A stretch of 64,000 nucleotides of DNA from Rhynchobatus australiae (taxonomy: Eukaryota), in assembly GCA_034780895.1 (NCBI GenBank), contig JAUZTB010000048.1, positions 26,134,051 through 26,198,050 of the forward strand. Reading direction: 5' to 3'. The position numbers and the translations under genes are program-made. Positions 53,201 to 64,000 of this stretch are shown piece after piece (position 1 is the stretch's first letter; every line of letters begins with the position of its first letter). The notes under the pieces were generated by a model, which saw nothing but the letters and a program-made list of their open reading frames with translations, was not told the DNA's origin and did no database searches.

Positions 53201-56200
53201 TTTGATTAAAAAATGGATAAGGAAAACTGCAAAATGCAATTTACAAACAAGATATCCACTTTTAAACTTTGTAGCAGATTTAAAATTTATGAAGTTATGG
53301 TAAAGTATTTGAAATAATTCAATCGATCTTGTACAAGTTTGAAATCTCCAGTTACAGGTAGAGAAAATTTAACTTTGGCCAAATGATCTTACAAAAACGA
53401 TTGCTTGACTTGCAAACAATTATTGTACAATTAACTTCATTCTGAAAAATTAAAAATGTTTCCANNNNNNNNNNNNNNNNNNNNNNNNNNNNNNNNNNNN
53501 NNNNNNNNNNNNNNNNNNNNNNNNNNNNNNNNNNNNNNNNNNNNNNNNNNNNNNNNNNNNNNNNCAATTATTGTACAATTAACTTCATTTTGAAAAATTA
53601 AAAATGTTTCCAAGAACTTCATCAGTTTCTATTCACACCACCATAAGCAAATACAAACAATTACAAAAATAACTATTGAAAAGGTTAAATTTAAAATTTA
53701 TGAAAAAGTTACAAATGTGTCCACCACATTATCTCAACATGCCTGGTTCTCCTGAACATTGGTAAATTAATTTGTTCTTTTTCCTGACACTCTCTCAAGT
53801 GTACATTTCCCCATTAGCATTTTCATAATTTTACGAGTGTTTCCTTGAATCTTTGACTAACAAAGTGGCAAAAAGTTATAAAAATCTGCTACAAATATTC
53901 TATAAAAGAAACAAATATCTTCATCCTCATTTCTATTCCATGTTACAAGTAGAAAATGTTACACTATCTAGAAGCTTTTAGAAAAAGCACACAACACAAA
54001 CACATGCTTCTGCTTCTATCAGTTACTTGAGGTAACAGGATAAGCAATTACCAACAGATATTTTTTTTAAATTGTGTATCTCTTTTTCATTGCTGTACCA
54101 TTATTTTTAAGTGTTAGGAACATGGCTTTTTCTAGCACTTTAAAATCACCTTCAATAGATTTATTTTGCTATCAACATACATTCAAATTTCATACTTCAA
54201 TGTTATACTGCAAGTTAGATGAGTAAAGCATCAAAAGGGCTGGACAAATATGAAATGATACCATTAATCAGAAGAACAGAGACTTAAATACAATGTTTTA
54301 TAGAATACATTTACAATGACTTAAAACGAAATGTGGTGTATTTGATTGAGATTACCCCTCAAGTTTGCATTTAACAAATTTCCATTTTGTTTGACCAGGA
54401 ACACCATTGAATTCGTAAATGTATTAACAAATATTTAATATAATATTGAAAATTAGAGTTTTGTCATCAATATTCAAAAGTAAAATGTTAACAAATTTGA
54501 AGTGCAACAAATCACCTTAAAAATCCAACTCTTCCATCAGTTTGTTATGCATTTTCATTCAAGTTACTTCAATTGCAATCTTGACACAATATTTTTAAGG
54601 ATACCCAACTCCACAACCTGACTATTTCTTTACAATTTGCACTAATGCATTGATCAATTTTTTCATTTAAAACAATTTTGAAATATAAAACTGACATGCA
54701 ATTCAACAATTATTCCATGTCTAATCCAAACATTTAAGAAATTTGATGCTTCAAACTTGTTACTTTATAATCTAAATCTTAATTATTTTGTTTAAATATA
54801 AACAGCAAAAGAACATTTCTTTGAATTTTTTTTCAAATACATAAAGCTGTCAAAAATATTTCTAAATATCTATACTTTGTAATATTTCACAGATAAAAAG
54901 GACAAAGCATTCAGACACAGGTCAAATCCAATATTTCAAAAAAAAAGTCAGAAGGATTAATCAACTCTGGAACAAATTTAAGCTTTCTAAATATTCTAAT
55001 ATTTCACTCATTACAAGTGCACCACAGCAATACAACGAAGAATACCATCCATAAAAGATTTGAAGAGTATCATTAGAAGACCAAAGAAACCAAGTCATAT
55101 CTTGTACCTATTGGTTTAATTTGTAATATTCTGGGATGAACATTATGTTTTTGTTATAATTTTAAGTTTTGGTTACATGAATGAAGTTCCTTTAGAATAT
55201 AATACAAATCTGCTCATTTTTATCTTGTAATATGTGACATTTTAAAGTTTAGATATCTGTGAAGAAAACACTATAATAGTCCCCACTCTACTGAATCCAT
55301 AGAATTTGATTTTGCTGAATCTATAAGAGTTTAAACATTTTCTGTATTAATTCAAAACTATTTCATAATTACAAATTTTCCAAAGGAACTGATTATATGN
55401 NNNNNNNNNNNNNNTTTAAGTGACACTAATGCAAGTTTTACTTTTTACCAAGACTGGCAATTCAGATATTAAAAACGAGTAACACTCTTTAAAAAGGTCA
55501 TAATCTGTTTATTTCTGAGATTCACAAATTTAATATTACCATCTCTACCAGATTTCAATATTAACACACAGCATTTGTTGCTCATAAAGTTACATAAATA
55601 CCATCGAAATGCTCCTTAGTCAAAGAATAAACATATGACACAAACATTTTCAATTAGTTTGTCAGCAACAAGAAATAATAACCACATAACTCCTCATGTA
55701 ACAGAACAGGCATTTAATCATTATCTTGTTTACTATAACCCCTATATATTCCAGACTGCCAGGTAAACACGTTGTTTACTTTTTTCAGAGTCGTCCTATC
55801 TTTGGTTACAAATAAACCAGACAAATCTCACTCTTCAGTAACATTTATGTAAACAATAAATTTCTGATGGAGTTAACCATATGCAAATTCAGAATAAACA
55901 TAACATACTACAACAGAACCTGAACTTTGAAGTTAACACTTTAAATATAACACAAGCAAAAGGAAAGCATATCTACCTGTCCTATTTCAAAGACAACTTG
56001 TTGAAATTATAGCATTGAACTAAACCTAATCATTAGAAGTGTGCTCATCGTTCATCCACAGTTATTAACATGGTGAATTAATATTTAAAGGATTTCTTTT
56101 AACTTTAAAACTCAATGCAAGCACAACACAATTCCCAATGAGTTTCATCAACAGTTATGATACATGCACAACATTTCAACTTTTCAAGGAGGTAAAACTG

Positions 56201-56820
56201 TTATCTTTAAATATCTATTTCTCACTATTCCGCCCCTTACAAATCAACGAGCTCACGTGTTGCTGCACATACTGGAGTAAAGACAAAAGTTTTTTTCATA
56301 AAATACTGGGCAATATTTGTATCTCTTCAGTGTAATGGTCGATGAAACTCAATGACGCGCTGGCGCCAAACAACCCGGGAGTAAACAAGTGCAATAGTTA
56401 TACGTTTTAAAACAAAACGATATTTTTGTGAAAGATTCGAGTTATCTCCATATATTTTGTCACAGCCCAGCAGCGTGACCACCTCCCAACTCCTGACTCA
56501 CAGCAACAAAACCATGATACGAGCCACCACAAAAATAGCTAGTTAATGTGAACCAACTTCATAGCGTGCAACTTTTAGCAGGGGAGAGGAGGAAATAAAT
56601 ACTTAACTTAAATACGTTGGGGAAAATGTCCGATTCCGAAATATTTACCCACTTCTCGGCACCGTCTCCCAAACGAAATTCCAAAGTTTAAAAGTTCCCA
56701 ATTCATAATCTTAACAAAATTCACTTCTTGAAACACCCTCCCCCTCAAAAAAATCACACAGCATTTTAACTCCGCGGCGTGAGCCATCAGGAGAGACACT
56801 ATTAGAGACACGAAACTCAC

Positions 56821-57040
56821 TCCCTAAAAAAAACTTTTTTTGTGTGATCACGTAATTTAAAAAAAATCACCCAAAAAAAAAATGAAGAACTGGCAAAGAG
56901 GAAGAAATGAACTCTAGCAAATTTTCAGAGCTTGGTGCAGTTCGGGTTTTCAGTGTCTTGGAGTGCACTTGAGGGGAGGGCAATCTTAATTGGCAACCCC
57001 GCGGTTAAAAAAAAAGTCTGTGTGTCTCATATAATAAACG
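56821..57040 (-). other. Possible alternative non-coding first exon
   Basis: Donor GGA|GTGAGT at 56820 inside the CpG island; start position approximate. Confidence 0.35.
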
Positions 57041-57073
57041 CGAGCTCCCTCTCCTCTCCTCCTCTCCTCTCCC

Positions 57074-57095
57074 CACACACACACACACACACACA
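57074..57095 (+). repeat. (CA)n microsatellite
   Basis: Seen directly. Confidence 0.9.
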
Positions 57096-57184
57096 AACTT
57101 CCCAGCAAAACTTCCCAGCACTTCACTAGTCAATTTCATCCCGACAACTCGCACCATTCGTTCCTGCAATCAGCACAAACTCAC

Positions 57185-57450
57185 CGCCGTTGACTCGGCA
57201 TCTCTTTCCGATAAGTTTTTGCACGCCAGCTGCACTTTCCAAATTTTGGAAATTATTTTTCTCTATTTTTCACGGCCTAAAAAAAAATTCTTTCCCCAGC
57301 TTCTTTACAGAAGCCATTGTGCGGAGAATGCTGGGAGTGACGTCAGGGGGTTTCGCAACATTGGAGGCTGCTGCTGCTGCTGGCGTCCAGGAGATAGGAG
57401 GTGGACTACTGCAAGCCCATCCATCCATCCATGCAGCCCGGCGCCTCAGC
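57185..57450 (-). other. Probable first exon (5' leader with several upstream ATGs)
   Basis: Donor GCG|GTGAGT at 57184; TATA-like CATTTAAAG about 30 bp upstream of the inferred start; last ATG at 57201 (MPSQR, phase 2). Confidence 0.6.
57338..57345. promoter_or_regulatory. Full CRE (CREB/ATF) site
   Basis: TGACGTCA inside the CpG island. Confidence 0.65.
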
Positions 57451-57478
57451 CGCGCTCCACGCTCAACTGCACGGGCCC

Positions 57479-57487
57479 CTTTAAATG
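57479..57487 (-). promoter_or_regulatory. TATA-like box
   Basis: Minus strand CATTTAAAG followed by GGGCCC in a GC-rich context. Confidence 0.4.
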
Positions 57488-57524
57488 GCAGTGATGCTTG
57501 CCTGCGCTGTCCTTTTCTTCTTGA

Positions 57525-57549
57525 GTGTGTGTGTATGTGTGTGTCTGTT

Positions 57550-57581
<32 letters not shown>

Positions 57582-57606
57582 GGGTGGGATGGGGGTGATG
57601 GTGGGA
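57525..57606 (+). repeat. (GT)n, poly-G and (GGA)n compound low-complexity tract
   Basis: Seen directly. Confidence 0.9.
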
Positions 57607-58019
57607 GAAGAAAGTGCAGGAGAAATTAATCACTGCCGGCGGGGCGCATGGATCTGTGAGTGGAAACAAAAAACAAGAGCAAGTCGTTTCTCGTCGGCGC
57701 TGCCTTCTCTCCGTGGTTGGATCCGAAACATTGATCGGTGACGAATTTAGTTAGCTGCATCTGCTCCATCAGTTGGGCATCGGTCCCACAGAAGTGAAAA
57801 TTTGTAAGGCAGGCATATTAACTGGAGTGATATGTGGATGCTGCCTTCATTAATAGGAACGAAGAGTTCAGGTAAGACCTGGGTCATTGCTATCATGCCA
57901 CTGAGCAGAAGATGTTCCAGTACAAAAGAATGGTCGTTGGTGCTGACTTGCCAAGTTTAACTCGTTGGAAGAAATTGTTTCTCAGCTCTAATGAAATTTG
58001 ATAGATGCCTACTTCTTTC

Positions 58020-58240
58020 AAAACAAAATGCAGATGCTGGAAATCTGAAACATAAACGGGGGATGCTGGAGACACTCAACTAGTCAAGGAGCAAATATGA
58101 AGACAGTAAACAAATTAATGTTTCAGATCAAGAACTAATGAGAGGCATTGACCTGAAATGTTAATTTTTTTTGGTCCACAGCTGCTGCCTGACCTGCTGA
58201 GTATATCCAACATTCACCAAGTTCATTTTGTTTATTTCAG
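58020..58240. mobile_element. Penelope pLTR-derived short fragment (related copies near 24500, 25600, 41550 and 49600)
   Basis: tgcagatgctggaaatctgaaac...gctggagacactcaac ... ccacagctgctgcctgacctgctgagt. Confidence 0.65.
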
Positions 58241-59489
58241 TGGTGGCATTGCAGGATACTATCATTTAATTGGTTGTACATGGAAAACTTGGATAGGTGA
58301 AGACATATCTTGAACAAGCAGTGAAGAAATGAGTTATTGCTGGTCTTTTGCACTGTAGAGAAATGCAATAGTAATAAATAATTCATATTTGTTTGAAGTA
58401 AGGCTGGTTTTGTTTTCTTGTTTGTTAAATCATTGAAAAGCCTCGGTCAGTACAAGACTGGCGAGGGATTGTTCACTGAAATCAACTGTAAACATTTTCT
58501 TGAATGCTGTACAATTAATAGCATTTCCTGTTAATAATTTAAATCTATGTTTGAAATATAATCTAGAAAATAGCAAGAGGATGAGATGCTCTTATTCCAT
58601 TGACGCCACAGTCATATAGTCACTGACTTTTGCCTAACAATAATGGCTGGAATAATTAAATAGCAGCAATCACAGTATGTGAGTCAATGAGACTAGAGGT
58701 ATGAGTATATTGAAAACTGACCAGAGAACTACTGGACAGCAATTTACAGAGATTCTGTCTCTCTCACATATAGCTACTTTGCCTTAGGAACTGTGGTTTA
58801 CATTGTAGATGGTGCCGTTGCTTCTTTATACCATATTGTGAACCAGAGGCTTCTTTTCAGCATTTTGCTTAATTTAGAAATAAATGCTAAGGGCCAGATA
58901 CTACAAAGCAAATTGTAACACTAAACACTCAATTTGATGCCAATAATGCATAGATTGTAGTAACAGATTTTTGTCCTCAGATAAGGAAGAAATATTTTCA
59001 TTTTAGAAGACAATTCAGTCAACTAAAATGGCACAGAGGTACTGAACTGCTAAAGAGATACTAAGATTGCAAATTTTTGTTTAGTAGATTCCAATTAATG
59101 CAACAAAGCAAAAGATTTTTATGAGTTAAATATTGTGAAAAGAAAACAAAAATTATACAACATTTTTATTTCAGTTATTGTTCCAAAATCCTTAATAAAA
59201 TTTGTTGCTTGAGTTGAATTTGTTCATCTAAGAAGCACACAGTACAATAGATATAAAAGCATGTTGAATTAAGATAAATAATGTTCATCCCTTGAAGTTC
59301 TAAATTAATTGAATTACCATTGTGGGCATAAACTAGATTTTGCAGTCAAGAATCGAAGCAGGTAGATTACAATTATGTTCATTTTAAAGAAGTTTTTTAG
59401 TTCCACTGACATTGTTCAAAAAAAATGTTTGTTCAAACAAGTTGAAATTTATATCTCCCAGCAAATTTAATTAATGCAGTACAATAATC

Positions 59490-62400
59490 ATCAATCCTAA
59501 GTATAGCAACATAATCAGTGTGAGATACCACAGAAGCAGCTTTACCTCAATGAAGTTAGGACTAAATGCCAAACGTAGGATCCCAAAACCACAACAGAAT
59601 TAATCCGCAGTATAAGCTCTTACAACAAAATTAGAAGACTATCAAATATTCAGCAAAGAATGTCGTATCAAATTAATAGAAATGCAGTGTAGCATCAAAT
59701 AACACAAGATATTCAGAGTATGGTAAAAAAATAATCCAAACAGAATGCAAATCAAGTATCAAATATGAATAACAGAATTTAAATATATTTATTGTGTAAT
59801 GTATACAGAATAGTTACAATATGATTCTGATTCATAGAAGGAATTAGAATGTTTTACTGAATAGCTACAAAAAATCAGATAAATATATCAAAATATAGTA
59901 CCAAATACACTTAAGACATTAAAGAGATGTACTTAATACTCAGCACTGAATTAGCCTACAGTACCAAACTTCTGCAACTTAATTAAGACAATGTCTGAGA
60001 GACTGGTATCTTGAACACAATTTGTTAAATTCTTACAGTACATTCAGAAAATTATCAAAATATCCCAAATAGAGCCAAATGCAAACGACATTCTACTAAA
60101 TTCTCATAACAGAAACGAAAAAGTGTATCAAATGCTTAAAAAGGAAGCAGGGGATGGCTCCAAACACACAAAATAGAAATGGAAATGACACCAAAACCCA
60201 GAATTAGAAAATATGGCAAAATAACAACTATGGGTTCAGAAAAAATGTACCAACTATTCACAGACAAAAATAATGTCTTATTGAAAATTGGAACAAAATA
60301 TCAAGTACATACTTCAGAATCTGAACATNNNNNNNNNNNNNNNNNNNNNNNNNNNNNNNNNNNNNNNNNNNNNNNNNNNNNNNNNNNNNNNNNNNNNNNN
60401 NNNNNNNNNNNNNNNNNNNNNNNNNNNNNNNNNNNNNNNNNNNNNNNNNNNNNNNNNNNNNNNNNNNNNNNNNNNNNNNNNNNNNNNNNNNNNNNNNNNN
60501 NNNNNNNNNNNNNNNNNNNNNNNNNNNNNNNNNNNNNNNNNNNNNNNNNNNNNNNNNNNNNNNNNNNNNNNNNNNNNNNNNNNNNNNNNNNNNNNNNNNN
60601 NNNNNNNNNNNNNNNNNNNNNNNNNNNNNNNNNNNNNNNNNNNNNNNNNNNNNNNNNNNNNNNNNNNNNNNNNACCCACTTCAGTATTGGAAAATAGTAT
60701 TAAATAAGCACAACAGAAACTGAATATGACATTAAATAGCCATTATTATCAGAACATGGTTGTAAAATACTACAGGAGGATTGACAGATGATTCTAAATA
60801 TCTGCAACAGAACTGGAAAAGGCATTAAATGTCCAGAAGAGAATTAGAATATTGTATTATATATGCACATAAGAAATCAGAATATCGCAGTAAATTATTA
60901 CTAAGTTCTCTTGCATTACTAAGTATAAGAGTATCAGATTACCAGACCAAATAATCACCAACGAATTCAGAATAAGGTTTAAAAAAACAACAGTATCAGG
61001 AAAGGTGGTACAAAATATCCATTAAAAAATCAGAATATAATGCTATAGTCAAAACTTCATGAGAATGGTTCTGAACATGCACCACAGTAAAAGAATATGG
61101 TACAAAATAACCATATCAGGATTAGAATATTCTGCTAAATATCCACACCAGGATCAGATATGGTTCAAATCATCCACCACAGAATTATATATGGTACTGA
61201 ATATGCATGTCAGAAATGGAATAAGATACAAAATGCACAGAACAGAATCAGAGCATGATACTATATATATTCCACAGAACGAGAAATGATACCAAATGTC
61301 ACGAAATACCCACAACAAAACTGAAATATGAAACTACATATCCACAACAATATTAGAATATGGTATCAATTATGCAGAACGGAATCAAATTACAGTGCTA
61401 GCTATGCATAATACAATTGGAATATGGTGTGAAATAAGCATGATAGAATTGGAAAACAGTGAAATTGAACTATATAATCCATAACATATTTGGAATATAG
61501 TATTACAACACAACAACATCAGAATACTATACTAAATATAATAAAATGGTTCAAAACCAGAATATGACCCCAAATATATACAACAGATTTGGTACATAAT
61601 ACTAAGTATACATATGGCATAGCATAATGCTAACTATACACAATAGAATTGGAGTATGATATTAACTATCCACATCAGAATATAGTACTAAATGTACTCA
61701 ACAGNNNNNNNNNNNNNNNNNNNNNNNNNNNNNNNNNNNNNNNNNNNNNNNNNNNNNNNNNNNNNNNNNNNNNNNNNNNNNNNNNNNNNNNNNNNNNNNN
61801 NNNNNNNNNNNNNNNNNNNNNNNNNNNNNNNNNNNNNNNNNNNNNNNNNNNNNNNNNNNNNNNNNNNNNNNNNNNNNNNNNNNNNNNNNNNNNNNNNNNN
61901 NNNNNNNNNNNNNNNNNNNNNNNNNNNNNNNNNNNNNNNNNNNNNNNNNNNNNNNNNNNNNNNNNNNNNNNNNNNNNNNNNNNNNNNNNNNNNNNNNNNN
62001 NNNNNNNNNNNNNNNNNNNNNNNNNNNNNNNNNNNNNNNNNNNNNNNNNNNNNNNNNNNNNNNNNNNNNNNNNNNNNNNNNNNNNNNNNNNNNNNNNNNN
62101 NNNNNNNNNNNNNNNNNNNNNNNNNNNNNNNNNNNNNNNNNNNNNNNNNNNNNNNNNNNNNNNNNNNNNNNNNNNNNNNNNNNNNNNNNNNNNNNNNNNN
62201 NNNNNNNNNNNNNNNNNNNNNNNNNNNNNNNNNNNNNNNNNNNNNNNNNNNNNNNNNNNNNNNNNNNNNNNNNNNNNNNNNNNNNNNNNNNNNNNNNNNN
62301 NNNNNNNNNNNNNNNNNNNNNNNNNNNNNNNNNNNNNNNNNNNNNNNNNNCCTTCCAGGATCAGCATATGATACCATGTATCCTCAAGAGATTACAAATT

Positions 62401-63140
62401 AGGTACAAAATAACTGCAAAAAAATTAAAATATGACATCAAATGCACACAACCAAATGGAGGAGAGTTTACCTTTTACACAACAGAAATGGAAGGCAGTG
62501 CCATTTGGTATTAAGTATGCATAACATAATTTGAATACTATGCTAAGTACCCACAACTGAGTAGCTACAAAGTAGCTAAAACAAAATCAACATATACTGC
62601 TAAACATTCACAACAGAATTCAAATATTGTACCAAAAATCATAAGTGTCAGAATATGATTCTAAATATCTGCAACAGAATTGAAAAAAATATACAAAATA
62701 GTCTCAATAGAATCAGAGCTATGCATGACAAAAATGGAATATAATGCTAAATATATACAATGGAATCAAAAAAATGATGCAAAATATCCACAACAGAATT
62801 GGAAATGGCATTAAATGTTTAAACAGAATATGAAAATGGTGTTTAATATACACAAGAGAATCAGAATAGTTCCTAAATATGCACAATTGAATTGGAAGTA
62901 GTCCTAAATATGCATGGCAAAACTGAATAAAATATTAAATATACACAGAAGAAATGAAAACAACACCAAATGTATAAAATAAAATTGGAATATGATACCA
63001 AATTACCATGGAAGGTCAGAATATAGCACTTAGTACCATGTTTGAATCAGAGTGTGGTATTTAATATCCAGACAAGAATCTAAATGTTGCACTCAGAATC
63101 CACATCTGAATTAGAATTTCTTATTCTATAAAATTAGAAT
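59490..63140 (+). repeat. Degenerate 31-32-bp tandem array, consensus about AAATATCCACAACAGAATTGGAATATGGTACT
   Basis: Unit starts counted at 62782, 62813, 62844, 62875, 62906, 62937, 62968 and 63000; the same unit is visible from about 59.5 kb; two N gaps inside. Confidence 0.85.
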
Positions 63141-63169
63141 AATTTATTAAATATCTTTGACCAATATCT

Positions 63170-63752
63170 TGGAAGGTACGTATTGTTGTTTCCCCAATCT
63201 GCAAATTTATTAAAGTAATCTGTTACAGTCCTTTACAGTATTGAATACCCCTTCTCCTCCAATTTGATCATCTGCAAATGTTTACTCTTTAAGTAAAGAA
63301 GTTTATTCAGATTTCGTAAATAGATTTTTTGGTGACCATCTTATTTTGATGGTCTTTAGTTATGCCTTTCTCACAAGCAGAAATATTCTATCTTGTATGT
63401 ATCTGATCAAAATTTCAGAATTTCAAAGATTTTTAAAATAAGGTCACACCTCATGCTCCTGATATGTACTTCTTTGCATTTCTGGTATCATCATTGTAAA
63501 TCTTCTCTGCACCCTGTCCAATGTTTCTGGTGACCAGAACTGGATACAATTCTCTCAAATGTGAGCTAACAAAAAATAATCAAGGTTTAGCATAAATTTC
63601 CCACATTTCAATTCTTTCCCTCTAGAAATTACCCCCCATGCTTGGTTTCACAAACTGTGGTGCAACTTTCAGTGATTTGAAGATCTATTTGTTCCTTTAC
63701 CCCACTTAGACTCACACCTTCTAAATAATGTGACCACCCTTTCCTCCTAACC
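63170..63752 (-). mobile_element. CR1 LINE 3' region, decayed
   Basis: tgtaaatcttctctgcaccctgtcca...ggtgaccagaactggatacaattctc is the reverse complement of CR1 L.YC.QFWSP...LE.VQRRFT. Confidence 0.75.
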
Positions 63753-63869
63753 NNNNNNNNNNNNNNNNNNNNNNNNNNNNNNNNNNNNNNNNNNNNNNNN
63801 NNNNNNNNNNNNNNNNNNNNNNNNNNNNNNNNNNNNNNTTAAAGGCAGAAGACAACTCAAGAGTAATGA

Positions 63870-64000
63870 GAATATGCAACTCACTACTACAGGCGGTATT
63901 GGAAGTCAATAGTATGGATGCATTTAAAAGGAGGTTGAACAAGCATATGAGAGAGAAAGGAATGGAAGGTTAAGCTGATTTAGATGAGGAAAGAAGAGAG
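63870..64000 (+). mobile_element. CR1 LINE 3' end fragment
   Basis: gatgcatttaaaaggaggttgaacaagcatatg (DAFKRRLNKHM) is a CR1 C-terminal motif. Confidence 0.6.

Larger units (their letters stand above)
1..57450 (-). other. 5' part (first exon(s) and long intron) of an unidentified minus-strand gene
   Basis: CpG island with minus-strand GTGAGT donors at 57184 and 56820 and a TATA-like box upstream. The plus strand looks A/C-rich by eye over the intron (T/G-rich on minus), as expected for a transcribed intron. No homology recognised; the TSS is approximate. Confidence 0.6.
56230..57790. promoter_or_regulatory. CpG-island promoter
   Basis: Sharp rise in CpG and GC content (CCGCGG, GCGCGC-like, CGGCG words) against a CpG-depleted background; estimated by eye. 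Confidence 0.8.

Noticed and set aside
56608-56787. MAHAAELK resembling the ankyrin-G N-terminus (MAHAASQL)
   Set aside because: Similarity ends after five residues and no ankyrin sequence follows
57190-57741. 183-aa plus-strand ORF
   Set aside because: Starts at TTG and runs through microsatellites and the G-tract of a CpG island; typical spurious GC-rich ORF
4986-62402. Long ORFs composed mostly of X
   Set aside because: Artefacts of N gaps
59490-63140. CRISPR-like array or repetitive protein gene (e.g. ORF 61059-61289)
   Set aside because: Units are contiguous and degenerate, with no constant repeat/unique spacer pattern. The period is not divisible by 3, the context is vertebrate, and there are no cas genes.

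Overview
Vertebrate nuclear DNA from a gapped assembly: AT-rich and CpG-depleted. The repeat content (HE1/V-SINE-like SINEs, CR1, Rex-Babar, RTE, Penelope) points to a cartilaginous fish, possibly a ray; this is inference. There is no long protein-coding ORF. Most of the window (1 to about 57.2 kb) reads as the long 5' intron(s) of an unidentified minus-strand gene. Its CpG-island promoter lies at about 56.2-57.8 kb, with a TATA-like box, a full CRE, two GTGAGT donors and a uORF-rich leader. Two small phase-compatible candidate exons lie at 9852-9934 and 3023-3112. The rest is decayed transposons. Most notable unexplained structures: a near-perfect 74-nt hairpin (42058-42131), a 3.6-kb degenerate 31-32-bp tandem array upstream of the promoter, and two strong, divergently oriented CTCF motifs (25.5 and 33.2 kb). 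I found no convincing evidence of a new multi-gene system, and the gene could not be named from sequence alone.
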